DNA of 64,000 bases, taken from Ramazzottius varieornatus. Lineage: Eukaryota > Animalia > Tardigrada. The translations under genes and the position numbers were made by a program. Position 1 is the stretch's first letter. Every line of letters starts with the position of its first letter. Shown here piece by piece: positions 13,263-25,923 of the stretch. The stretch covers positions 852,277 to 916,276 of the forward strand of contig BDGG01000016.1 of assembly GCA_001949185.1 (NCBI GenBank), read 5' to 3'. The notes beneath the pieces were generated by a model. It saw only the letters and a list, made by a program, of their open reading frames with translations. It was not told the origin of the DNA and ran no database searches.

Positions 13263-15229
13263 CACGGATAATTGGATACCAAAGCTGGACGTGAACAAAT
13301 CAATCGAATCAGCTGATCATTCAGGTGGCGCGCGTCTCTAGTGTTATATTAGGTGCAGAAGTATGATTTGTTGCTCCTGGAAACACGTCAACTTCAAAAA
13401 TTCATAGTGACACTCCCTCTTGTTCTTTTCTCTTGAAGTATTTTTACAGTCGCTCTCTCAACTCCAAGCTATCGTTTAGCGTCCGCTAACCCAAATTTGT
13501 CAGCTTCGGGGTAGGGCAGGAATGATTTTGTCTGAATCATGGACAGCCAAAATTGTGGGCGATTCAAGTGTTTGAATTTTCTCAAGGCATCCCAAACAGG
13601 CGCTAAGATATGCTTCGTTTCTCGTAATGAAGCAGTTAACGATTGAACCGTAGGAGGTTGGGTAGATCTTCTCCCCTCTGGAGATTTCTAGGCCGGAAGT
13701 CACCCCTTGGGAAGAGCGAAACTGAAGTTGGACAACAACGTCCAGAGGGAGTATGTCAAATTCGTTCCTTTCTGAACTCTTGCTAGACCCTTAAGAATTT
13801 TTGAAGTGTTTTGCTAAAATCCTCGCTGGGCATTTAGACATAACCAGAAGGGAAAAAGATCAAGAAGTTTGATACCCCGCTTACTTCGCGCACCGTGCGA
13901 TGACCGCAAATTTTGCCTCTCCATAACCTCCCGTTTCTGAATAAGTGTGAACTGATTTTCGATTGCATTGTCACTAGATGGGCGTGGCATCGTGATACGC
14001 AGTTACCAGTTAAAAACCAGGGGGCTTGTAGCTGTGAATCGCGACAGTGCTGTGAATGAGACCACTACAACCAGCATAAAAAGGCTATTTAACAGTTAAC
14101 CCGATTTAATCAAGCACGCATAAATCAGGGAGTAATTTGATTGTCCAAGCTCGTCTTTTTCAAGCATCTTTCTAATGTTCGTCCTCAGCCCTGACGTCAG
14201 CAATCACATGTCGGGTTATCAACTAGGGTTGCTTACGAAACGCAGCCAAAGACTGGGCTCTGTAAAACGTTCTCAGGCAAAAACCGCATGTTTCGAAGGA
14301 GCTGAATTACCGCAGGAAATTTTGAATCATGCGGGGCACCAAAGGAAAATTATGGTTACTGTCTGATTGCTATCTTACAGTCTAGACCGCTTTAAAATCC
14401 TTCCGCCCGGCATAACGATAGCTGCAGACTAAACCTCTCTGCAACGGGGAAGAATGATGAAAAAACTTACCGGCGACCAAACGAAATCATTCGGTCAACT
14501 CAAAGCACTACTGCTGCAAGTCAGCTCCAAAGTGCACATTGAACAAAACGCTTCCGCAAAACTGCAGGAGGTGAAACTGGAAACTCTCCTTCCCACACCA
14601 GGAAGAGGGGTCCTGATACTAACGGCTTATTACTATGTCGAAAAATTACAGCACCTCTAGCGAGAAGGAACAATTTCTTCCCCAGAGGCTGGCAAAAATG
14701 GCTACCAAGACTTTCTCGTTTCTGTTCCTCCGTGCTCCTACAGTAAAGGCATGAACACGATGCCGAAAAAAAGACTGAAGTACGTCGCTTGTACGGGTAG
14801 GTAAGCTGCTCAGAAGTTCCGAGGTTCGAAGCTAGGAAAATTTTTTGAAAGTTTTCGACGCAGGAGTAACAAGTCATACTGTACTTCCGCACCTAATAAG
14901 TATCACATCATTTGCCCGCGTCCCAAATGTTTTTCGTAAAAGTGAGTTACTGACGCTAGACCAGATCTGGTTCATGACTTCTCAAAAACTAAACACTTTG
15001 CAGCAGATATTTGTTTCGGGGAAAACTAAGGTTTCGAACAAAACTATGGGGAGTTCGGTAGCTGAAATAAATTTCGGAGATTGTAAAGTCGAATAGATGG
15101 ATAAACAGAATGTCAGAAAAATTCGACCGGAAGGCGATACGAAGCTTCTGAAGTTCACTAAGCTTTTAGATTGCGGCTGTTTGTCCATACTGTTCAAAAG
15201 CTAATATTCGACCGTCAGTTCTTCAGGTT

Positions 15230-16566
15230 TTCACGTCGGCTCAAACCATAAGCCCGATACGGTTGGCCGCATATACGCGATCGCTGAGAGCGGGAATGTC
15301 GTAGGGTGGTCAAGTACTCCGGGCGTGATACCCAGCAGTCTGGCAAAGAAGCCGTAGTCGATCATGTCCAAACTGCGATCAGTCTCATCCATCTGCCATA
15401 TTTACGCCTGTTCTGGGCGGATCCTTGACCTATGGTAGAGAAGAACAATCATCGCATATTTCAACAAGCTCGGGAAATTTATTGGGAATTCGGCAAATGA
15501 TTTTGCGCGGATCGTTATCTCAAGTAGCGCACGTTTACATTCCTGCTGGCTGCGAATGTGCGCCACTTAGGAAAACGATCTGGGTGAATTCATTTGTCGA
15601 CGTCCGAATTGATGCAGAGGGACGGTGAAAATACCTGTGCCGACCAAAAGGACAATAGGCATTCCACATAAACATTTCCGTTGTCGCACGAGATCTTGAC
15701 AGTACACCGTGGCTGTCGGCCCAACTCAGGCAAGTTCGTATAGCCACTGGAGCTGCTCTTTCGGATACGGCCAGAAAACAGACTGAGAAACGGACCTGTC
15801 TCCAAAATGCCATCCACGCCACACGCATCTCTCAAAAAAAGGCTCATGGTCCTCAGCACGCTGTAGGCTGCGATCGGCCGTGTGTCCAAGAGCCTGGTGT
15901 CTCAAGTTTCTCACCGTTTCATTAGTCACTTCCCGGAGAGGACGCTGTATCCAACACGACCACGAATACCCGTTCATTGCGACGGTCCCCTCATCAAAAG
16001 AAGATACCGACCCATGATCTGGATAAGGGAAATCTGCGATGCGGACCTGGAAAGAACACTGCACGAACCTCATCATCTGGAACTCGTTCAAGAGGAGATT
16101 CGAGGACACAAGGACTGGAGAGGTCGAGAATGGATCCGGAGAACGCCCTTGAATAGCGTGACAGTAGTCAGAGGATGCTGATGGGCATTCAGCACGGCAC
16201 AAGGGCTGCTCTTCCCACAGTCAAAAGTCAGCTTCTCCTTCCTGTACTGGTACAGCCTTTCTCCGATACTGAAAGAAGCCGATACCGTTGTTGAGCAGAG
16301 CAAGGCGCATCAGAGAGTATTTCCAGACACGAAATTCCAGTCAGCTGCCACTGTGCAAAACACTGTAATGGACTGCGGCTTCCAAACAGCATAGGTGATC
16401 ATGTTAAGCTCTGGTATCCTTACCTGCGAAGTCGGTTTCCGGTTGACGGGTCCAAAAATCCAAAAGTTTCTTCGACGAGATGCACGGGAAGACGATGCCG
16501 CAGTTCCGCCAGCGAGTAATTACTACCTATCGGATCATCGTCATTTGAAACATTCACGTCCTCCAT
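15230..16566 (-). pseudogene. Degenerate F-box-like gene (probable pseudogene)
   Basis: First exon ...LPVHLVEETFGFLDPSTGNRLR ends at a strong ag|gtaagg donor and resembles an F-box N-terminus. The downstream exon (~15637-16365) has in-frame TGA stops and an apparent frameshift. The last intron holds a palindromic element. Confidence 0.4.
15485..15605. repeat. Palindromic element (N27), intronic
   Basis: aagtagcgca-N27-tgcgccactt. Confidence 0.9.
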
Positions 16567-17155
16567 CGCGATGCTGAAGGATCCAGACTCGATCTTCTTC
16601 AAACAAACACGCTGAGACTGAAAACTCGTCGGCCGGAGAAAGTCCTGGACAGAGCAAACAAACAAGAAACTGCCAAAATCAAAGTGCCAAGGAGCAAAAC
16701 CCCAACACTGTCATGGTGTCCATGTCATACTGTACGTTCATCTCATGTCATATTACACAAATCATAGTCTGCCCAGCTGATTGACAGGTTTGTCTTGATT
16801 GGTTAACCCTTAATGCTTTTATCGCTCGTCTGTTTTCCCGCTCTCCAGCTCTCACTGCTTGAACTGCTCCGTAGAGTTTCACTCGACTCCTCCGCACTTG
16901 GCTGAGACATCGAAGTCGGCTCCTCCAACTGCTTCGGAACAGCGTGAGCAGCGGACGAATACGAGAGTCGCCATGCGACAGGTGGAAGGTGCAGGTGAGA
17001 TTGACCGCATGCCTCGTCTCTCTCGTGTCGAACCCGGAGGTACAGTATTACCTCATCCGGCCGCTGTCCGTTCACGAATCGCTGTCTGTGTTACTCCAGG
17101 ATGCTCAGTTAGTTTGCGTTCTTTCTGCACTAGGAAGTCAATTTCTGGAGTATAG

Positions 17156-18584
17156 ATGTCGAATAATAGGCCGGGACGGCATGGCGGAGTTTGCAAGCTG
17201 GGCCACTTCACTTCCGTCTTCACTGAATGCTACAAATCCGTCAACCGCACCGTACAGGTAAGCCAAAACTGTTTTTCCTGTCCTGAATCTCTCCTTGTTG
17301 GCATGCCAAGCTTTTACGTTGTCAGAGTAAAGACAAGCATCATTCCGCTGAAATGGCTCGTTTAATTCGATACGTACGTAATCTTAGGAAGTTTTTTTAT
17401 GTTGCAGAAAACCGAAGAATGTTTTCCTGGGAAGCATCACGCCAACATGTATATCACACCGATCGACGAGGATGTACGGAAGATGACAGACGATGCAAAC
17501 AAGATATCGAAACGACATAAGCGTATCGTTTCCCTTGTCCAGCAATATCTCAGACAGTAAGATTTTGCTGTTTGAGCCAGACTAGTGGTTTGAGCTTTTG
17601 TAAAGACCGTCGATCACTGCACCTCGGAAAAATTCCACCCTTCGAGATCTCAGGTTTGCTGTTTAATAGTGGGCCGATTGCCATGACGAAAGAGTATATT
17701 TACGAAGGTACGGAAAGCTGGAAGAAGCGCACCTCAAGAAGCAACGAGCAAATGCAGCTGGGTTCACAGTTAATCTTCGCCGGACGAGCGTTCGGTGACC
17801 TTACTCTCTATGGTAGGCTACTCAGCTTTCCAAAGTTTAATCATCTCGCAACGAAGTTCAAAAGTTTCTGTAGGTAACGTCATGCTGGACGTTGGAATGG
17901 CACAACAAGACATCGGTCACGAAGAGCTGAAGTTTGTAACGATGACTGCGTTGAGCCTTTTGATACCCATGAAGAACTTCATCAACACCGACCTCCATAA
18001 CATCTCCGTAAGTCCTTCAGACTTCTTACCGGAGCTCGGCAAACAAAATTGGCATGAATGTTTACCAAAGAGACGCACGTTGGCTGTGGAAAACACTGGG
18101 ATCGTGCGCCACTTCGCATAGAACTTGACAAGATCGTTTTCCTGTTGAGTTCGGTGGCCTGTATCGTTTCCAGATTCCGATCCGTATTTGAAGCCTGGCT
18201 CTGTATGGTTGGTATGAATTTCAGAAGCAAAAACAAGCGTTGATGCACAGAAGACTGGAGTTGGATCGGGCTATCGGCAAAGCCAACCGTAGTTCGAGGT
18301 CTGACGACGGCCACTCCGACCAGACCACGGACCCGCAAGCCCAGGCGAGGATCCAGAATGCCCAGACCGCATTTGACCATCAACAGTGCGTCACAAGGCA
18401 GGCTTACTACTCAGTAGAAAAGGAAAAGAAACGCATGATCGTGGCGTTCTTGAGGTTCATAGAGTGCCAGTTGGTCTACATGCGCCGCTGCGCCGCAATC
18501 TCGGAGTCCGTCAAAGCCAACTTGATCAAGTACTACACGAAAAACATTTTCATTCTGTATTTGATAGATCAATATTTTCGGTAA
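17156..18584 (+). CDS. Divergent endophilin-B-like N-BAR domain (5 exons), no SH3 seen; probably continues into exon 18878-20816
   Basis: Spliced translation NRTVQ|KTEE...TPIDED...|...KEYIYE...GDLTLY|GNVMLDVG...LLIPMKNFINTDLHNIS|KQKQALMHRRLELD...AQTAFDHQ...RFIECQLVY aligns by eye with the endophilin-B BAR (RAVQFTEE, YG..LIK, PLRNF, RRLDLD, AQ.EFDRQ). Confidence 0.75.
18031..18145. repeat. Palindromic element (N27), BAR-gene intron
   Basis: aagagacgca-N27-tgcgccactt. Confidence 0.8.
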
Positions 18585-18877
18585 ACTGCTTGATTTCAAA
18601 AGATAAAAAGGTTGGTTCCTCCATGTTCTCGCTTTTTCAAAATTAGTAAGGTTGTTTTATCATAGTTTTCCGTCAGTATTATAACCTTCGAGTTTCTGAC
18701 GTACTTTGACGTATTTCTGCGATTTCTTTTCACTATTAATATCTTTACTGAAAATACCACAATCTGTTCTCAGAAGGGGAGCAGCGGTAGATTTTCTGCA
18801 ATAATTTCACGGATATGCTGATTGATGACTGCACACGCCACTGAACGCGTTTCCCCACACGTGTTTCTCATTTTCAG

Positions 18878-20816
18878 GAAAATGAAGATGGAAAATCTGG
18901 GTGATCTTCAATGGCCAGACTCGAACTTCCCCTACGTCAAGATCCTCAACGACGAACCGCCCGTAGTCTGCCCAGAACCCGTCTACGCCAAGATCCCTCC
19001 CAAGCCAGCCGGTGACGGGACCGCCTTTGGCGGTATCTTCCCCATGAAGTTAAAAGATAGGAACAAAGACAAGCACCACTCCACTTCCGACTCCACCCAG
19101 ACCGCTTCCGGATTGAACAAACGCCGCAAAGATGAGGACGCTCTCGACAGCCCCGAAACGGAGTTCGACATCGGACCTCACAAAGTCGTACCTCGTAAGA
19201 ACACCTTCCAGATAGATCATAAACGTAACGATGGTCCAGAGGACGCTGCAAGCTCACAGAAACTTGACAAGTCAAAGTCGGCCAAGAGTGTCAAGTTCGA
19301 AGACTGTTTCCGTATACCGGGTCTTCATAAGAAACACGTTGAGAAAGAGGAAGAAGGCGCTGATAAGGAAGAAGAATACACCACAGTCATCGAGCAAACC
19401 AAAAAAGTGACACAGACTAGTACAGGCTCGAATAAGGTCGTTGAGACGAAGAAAGTCACACAGACTAGTACAGGAAATCATAAGGAGAACAGAGCCTCGC
19501 AGAATAACACTTCAGCTGTAAAGGACTCGATGACAGGTCCGACTCACGAGGATGCCGGAAGTACAGGGTCGGAAGAAGCACAAGATAATGTGGTGAAGCG
19601 AACCTTGACGGGTTCGATCAACAACATCAAGAAAACTCTAGGGTCCCTTCGATCGAGTTTCAAGAGGACGAACCCAGACCAGAATAGTGAGACCGCGCTT
19701 ATTGAAGAGCCGCAGCAAACTGACGAGAACCCATATGTAGACCAAGCACAGGACAACACGTTTTTCGACACGGACCATAACCGGGAAGAACCCTTTCAAA
19801 CGGATGGTGCACAGGCTGAGACACAAGATGGTGGGACTGGGATGGAAGGAGGAAATTTCCGGGATGAACCCCAAGCTAAGTTATCGGGAGGCAGAGCTAC
19901 GAAGGAAGCCTTGACCAATATTCCGGTGAAGGGCGGTAGATTTTCGAGCGCTGGTCAAGTTGATCCTCGGCCTCAAAGCGAAGTCCGAAAGAAGACCGAT
20001 GAAAACGTCCAGGCTGATGTGATCTCTCGGGAAGGAAGGCAGAGTAAACAGTCAAAACATAAGCACGAGAGTATGAAGAACACCGATGAAAACACACAAG
20101 TTGAAAATCAGGAAGCTGCTAAAGAAAAGAAACATTCAAAGCACAGTCACGGTAAGACGAAGCACAGCAAGGATGAGAACGTCCAGGCTGAGCAGGAGGC
20201 CGATGGTGAAGGACAGGAAGAAGAAAGAAGGAAAGGCTCGAAGCATAAGCATTCCAGGGATAAGGATGAAAATGTACAGGCGGAAGCTGATGACATTCGG
20301 GATGTGTCCAATGAGAAGAAACACTCGAAGGCCAAACATGAAAAACCGAAGCGAATTTCAAAAGACGAGAATACGCAGGTCGAGACTGCCGCTGAGGGAG
20401 AAGGGAAGGAAAAGAAACACACGAAAATAAGTACGGATGAGAATATTCAGGCCGAAGATGTTGTGCCGGAAGACGAAGAAGGAACCCACGACCAGCATTC
20501 GAGACATAAACATGAGAAAACAAAGCACAAGAAACACCGCAGAAGCCACAAGCATAAGTCGAAAGAGAAAGAGCTGAAACATGACTATGAGAACGAAGGA
20601 ACCGAAACCGCTGATTTGGGTGAACCGAAACCTCAAGCCGAGAAGGTTTCCGTGGAGGAATTGGACAATGGAGTATCGATGGGGAAAGCGGAAGTGCCGC
20701 TGACAGACATGCCCGAACAACCTTTCCCCAAGAAGAGAGTATCGAAGAGTATTGTGGAAGTTGTGATTCATTCACAGAGACCTTCGGCTGTCTCACTTCA
20801 CCAAACTCCCAAATAA
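18878..20816 (+). CDS. ~645-codon single exon encoding a charged, intrinsically disordered region with internal repeats
   Basis: Long ORF (18822-20816) preceded by a tttcag acceptor ending at 18877. K/E/D/H/S/T-rich with KKVTQT x2 and DEN[VTI]Q[AV][ED] x6. Confidence 0.8.
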
Positions 20817-20873
20817 ACGAAACAACTTGATCAGAATTTTACACATGAGCAGTTTACTTTCTGGAGAACTGTA

Positions 20874-22361
20874 CTACATAGCGTTTGCATTTTCCACGTC
20901 GACCATGTCCGATTTTGAAAACTTGTATTCTTCGATGGCCTGTTCTACCATGTCTCTTGCGTTTTCGATTTGCTCTTTCAGGTCCGCGTTGAACGGCTCG
21001 AAGTCCAGCGTGTATTTCCTTCGTCTGAAGAGTCCTTCGTACTTTTCGGCGACACAGTCCAGCATCTCTTCGTCAACCTCCGCGTTGATGAATTCTAGGA
21101 TTTTTCTCAGTTCTTCTTTCTTGTTTTTCATGAGATCTTCAAAGTGGACAACGTGAAGAGTCAGCGGGTTCTGCGACAACCTATCGAACCGACACTTCGA
21201 ATACAGAAATCAATAAAAGGGTCATCGCCAAACGAATTCAGCCACACTGTTTTCCCAAGCAGCGCATGCTCTTTACCAATAACAATGTAAACGTGCGCCA
21301 CTTAACAAAACGATCTAGGTGAAACCATTTGCCGACGTCCCAATCAAGCACAATGCTTTGTAGCGTTCAGCTAACCAGTATTCATTCAGGTCCTTCCATT
21401 CGTTGATGGCTCTTGGAGCAAAATATTCCCATTCTGAAAGCAGATTTCTGTTACCAAAAACTAAGGCGAGTGGAAAAGGGGAAAGCTAGCCTTGCCTCTC
21501 GTGTCGTAAGATTCGCCTTTGGCGATGCCGGTATGAGTTCGTGTTTTGTACTGATTCCACTTGGCTAAGATAGCATCTTCCGGCTTCCTTATCAGAAGAA
21601 TAGCTTTCTGGTAATTATGCTTGGTGGCTTTCTTTCCGAATGTGTGAGTCTTGATGACGATGACTTTCTGGTCATTGACGAGCTCGCCATAGAATCCTCC
21701 GTTGTAAAGCTCGTTATCTGGGTATGATGAACCCGTCCAAATTCCTGTAGAAAATACCATGTAGGACGTATTGTTTAACGTTATGATTGTGCGAATGATA
21801 TGAGCGCTTTGCCAGCTACTGAGATGTTTGAGATCGTTAGGAAGCGGAATTATCAAATTAACCTGTTGCTTGTTCGATGGCTCCTCGTAACCAAGTGTTC
21901 CCGGAGCCAGTGAAAGACGCAAGGGCAATTTTTGGGAGTGGATCCGGTGAGAAATTCACTTTGCTCCGGCACGGTCGCATCTGGGGAGGTAACTGTGGAC
22001 CGATGGGACCTTCATCCCGCATTCCTCCCAAAGGGAGGATGGAAATCGTTGAAGCCAGGATGATAGCGGCCGTCAGCAGCGTGGAAACTGCGACACACCA
22101 TTTGCATCGGACTTGATGGAGAGCGGTCGATAGGAAGAACTTTACTCGACTTAGAATTTCTGATCCGGAGCGATGGAGATTAGCAAAAGCAGGGCGCTTG
22201 GTGGATGCATCGTCCAGTAAACCGGCTTCATGGGCACTCCACACCTCATCCTTCTCTTTGAAGCCCATAGTCAGCTCCGGAAGGCCACTGGGATTATCAG
22301 ACGGATTCGCGTCAAGCGGAGTTTTCTCGCTGCTTTGTGGTGTTGTCGCAAGCATCGTCAA
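20874..22361 (-). CDS. WSCD-family type II membrane sulfotransferase-like protein (4 exons)
   Basis: TM segment, then IALASFTGSGNTWLR (5'-PSB loop), VIKTH, AILLIRKPEDAILA, LHVVHFEDL. One intron is GC-AG. Start codon not fixed exactly. Confidence 0.85.
21219..21341. repeat. Palindromic element (N27), sulfotransferase intron
   Basis: aagcagcgca-N27-tgcgccactt. Confidence 0.9.
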
Positions 22362-23094
22362 CGTCGCATGAGATCCGACGCTGGAATCTTCTGACGTTCA
22401 TTCCGCTTAATGCTTTCTTTAGTTTACTGTACATTGAAGACCATCGAAGCTTCCGCGGTCAAGGACATGCCTTCTGGCGGAAACAGGTTTTTGTTCACGT
22501 TTACGTCCACTCGCATCAATGATGTGCTGTCATGTTTAGCGGCTCTCAATGGCGCCACCTGCGGACACCCGGAGGTTGACCAGGGCGTACGTAGTATGTA
22601 CAGTGAGTCGTACACTTCTTTGGACGAACCTTGCTGACGTCATCCACCATTGACTGCAATGGATGATCTCATGGCTCACGCTCAAAGATCATAGTGCGTG
22701 CTATGGCCCCGGGGGGACTAGTGTCACAGCGGGCGCCGTTCCAGGTACACATTTTCTGGTGGAGAATATGACGTCATGACCTAGTCTGAACTTCATTTTG
22801 GATAGCTAAACGTTCCGAATGTTCGCCTCGTTCTGTTGATTGATGCCCAGCTGACTGCACAGCCCGTTTTGTATTTGACAACGTGGTCTACCAATTCGAC
22901 GGTCCAACGTCGTCGCTCCACAATCGACTGCGAACATCGATGACGTAAGTACGGAATTTATTTTGTTGCGAAAATATGGCCAATTTTCACTTGCTAGTGG
23001 TCCAACCACTGATTTTCTTCGGAATCTTGTGAATCGTTTCGATACCCTTCGCGACCCTATGTGTTTCAATGCTCCAGGTATAGTAGACTGTGTG

Positions 23095-23350
23095 ATGGTG
23101 CCGACTAACAACTTGGAGCGTCAGATCGAGATGCTGTGGAACTACGAGCCTATCAGCGAGTTGGAGGTAGAAGCACTGTGCGCCAAGGTTCGGAGGAAGG
23201 GAATGTACAGACGATCGACTCACATGTTACCATCTACGGAGACATACACGGAAAATCATACGGACCTCAAAGAGCTACCCGAAATGGGTGGAGAGTCTGG
23301 GGACGTACCGGAAACGAATTACCTCTTCAAAAGGGACTTCTTCGATACCA
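23095..23350 (+). pseudogene. PPP4C: Frameshifted 5' fragment of PP4 (PPP family) catalytic subunit
   Basis: LERQIE...EVEALCAKV, then frame change to EEGNVQTIDSHVTIYGDIHG, then frame change to DLKEL...GDVPETNYLF..DF.D. Matches the PP4C N-terminus with two frameshifts and truncation. Confidence 0.85.
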
Positions 23351-24404
23351 CCGGACACACCTGGTTTTGTGAATAAGATATAAATCGGTTGATGCGTAGG
23401 CCAGCAATCTGATCAACACCGTCTGCTGGTTTATGTGTGAAGAACGTCCCAGAAAGTCCCTGACAGCTTGTCGAGCAGCAAGGGGAACGCAGAAAGCCTG
23501 CAAAAGTCACAGAAGATCTTGCGTCGGTGCAGATGATGGCGGTTTGCTTGCCTAGCTTGTCAGCCTCTTGACGCGGCAATTCTCGAACAAGATTAGACAG
23601 TCGTGACTCACCTCAAATCATAGACTGAAGAGATAAGAGAACAGGCACCAGCAGTATATCAGTTCAAGAGAGGGAGAGAGAGAAAGCAATTCAGTACGAA
23701 GGATCACCATCCGATAATGAAGATTAAATATTATGAGTCACGAAGTTACGATATCGCACTTGTACCGGCGCAGTGCATTGCAGCATGGCAAGTGCATCTG
23801 GTGCACAACCTCATGCACATGAATACAAATCTGAATGGCGTGCTGTGTTATGTACAAAGGCCGAGCGCATTCCATCACGCACCTACAAAAACTGCACAGT
23901 GTGCAGTACCGAACAGAGGTTCTTGGATGATTTTGGCCTGTCCTTGGACACTACAAACCGTGTATCTTGTCTCCACCAATATTCAACACGCTGTGACACT
24001 TTTCTCAGCGCGGCAGCGAACGAGCAGCGAAGCAGCCAGCTGTTCTGACGCACTCTGCAAAGATCAAGGTAGACGTCACAAGGTGAACGTCGCCCCAGTT
24101 TCAGCAAAAATAGAAATCACGTCCTCTGCCATTACGATCTCGTTTTTCCCGTAACATCATCTGTGTCATTACTCATCAGTCCAATCCGCTCGAAGGGAAA
24201 GTGCGTTACGGATACCGCAATCATCCACGATAAGTTTAGAATGGCTGGAGGAGGACATGGCTGATTCAATACGTGAATAGCTCGTGCTTGCAGGATGAAG
24301 TCATCGCGACGATAAGGTAAGTCAGTCATACAAAGTTAGCAAATTGTTATTGCAGTGTACCTTTTGCAAACGCAGTCTCTCTTACAGTCGAAAGTCGTAT
24401 TAGC

Positions 24405-25923
24405 ATGGGTAACGAACCTTCAAGCGAAAAGTTGGATAGCTCGATGAAGAAGCAAGCGCCTGCTCCTCCGCCAGTGCCGCCTCGTCCACGAACAGGTATT
24501 TTCCACACCGCGCACTGACGTGATATAACCAGTGTATCAGCACGGCTCACGGCATGGCGTAATGCGCGACTTGATCGGAATGGCCCACTTTATTGGATAT
24601 GACTGACTTCTGGACTTTTTCTGGATCTTATTTTCTTTCTCCGCTTCCAGTGGCTTCAGGACCATTTTCCAATGGAAACACCAACCCTGAGGCACCCCCA
24701 GCGTACGACGATATTTTCGGTCCCTCGCCCAGCTCGACACCACGCAGCTCCATACAGTCCAACAGCGTTTCTCACTCTTCATCCACACAATTCGCAGGTT
24801 GGTTTTTCCTTCTTCCTCTCGTGTTTCGCCAAGTGAAACTAAATGTGTAATTTTCAACAGGCAATGCTTTCCCCACGTCCACATCACAGCAGTTCACAGC
24901 TCAGTCTCCTGTCTCAAATGGACCTTGGAATACGGCTCCCGCGCCACAGAACTTCCCTCCTCATGCGCCGAACTGGCAGAAACAGCAGGAGAAAGAAGAA
25001 CTTCGCATGTGGTTCTCCGCAGTCGATGAGAACAAGTGAATATTTGGATTAAAGCCTTGGGCCCAATTAAACTCCTTGTGTCAACAAGGAACTTGTTTTC
25101 ATATCCTTGTTTGATTTTAGTGACGGTTATATTACCACAGTAGAGCTTCAACACGCTCTGTTGAACGATAACTGGACACCATTCAATATGGACACCATCA
25201 AGATGATGCTGAAAATGTTCGACCGGAATTTCAACGGTAATACATAAAATATATGAGACGTTGACAAATAAATTCACCCAGATCGGAAGTGGCGCACGTT
25301 CTCATTATCGTTGGCTGATGGCGTTCGTCACTTGGGATTGTGATCTGCGTGTTTAAATTTTTGCCGATGTCCTATATCGGAATAATTTTTCCTAATTCCT
25401 TTCCGCCGTTAACGAAGAGATCTCGGCCTGTTCTCAGTTTGAATTTCAACAGATCGGATAGAGTTCGATGAGTTCGCCGGACTCAAACGTTACGTGCAGG
25501 TAAGACCAAAAGGTTCTTCGTCCGTGCACTGTAATTTCAACGATGTGGGTTCGTCTTAGGAATGGAAGAAGATCTTCGACCAGTACGACGACGATCGTTC
25601 GGGCACGATCGACGTTACCGAACTACAGAAAGCATTCCAAGGAATGTCGTTCACATTCTCCCTCGATTTCTGCTCGGCACTATGCCGACGCTTCAGCACT
25701 TCCTCTCCTAACCAAATTAATCTTGACGCCTTCATATACGCTTCCGGTTTGTCCACCATTCGCGATTCGGTACGTACTCATAGGTGACGTTGTGATTGAC
25801 TTTGTGTGTCTCTGTGTTACAGCTATGGTCACTGCCATATCGAAGGACCACGCAAGAGCTGCCAGAGACGGGACCACACTAGAAACCTTTCTGCAAAGAT
25901 GGCTCGCGTCCGGATCGAAGTGA
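24405..25923 (+). CDS. Peflin/ALG-2-like penta-EF-hand protein with Pro-rich N-terminus (7 exons)
   Basis: WFSAVDENNDGYITTVELQHALLNDNWTPFN...MFDRNFN, EWKKIFDQYDDDRSGTIDVTELQKAF. GT-AG exons join in frame. Confidence 0.85.
25255..25371. repeat. Palindromic element (N27), peflin intron
   Basis: aagtggcgca-N27-ttcgtcactt. Confidence 0.85.

Noticed and set aside
15637-16365. Genome-wide TGA reassignment
   Set aside because: TGA terminates GTF2H4 at the expected C-terminus and ends the Kunitz, peflin, RRM and MARVEL genes; conserved Trp residues use TGG.
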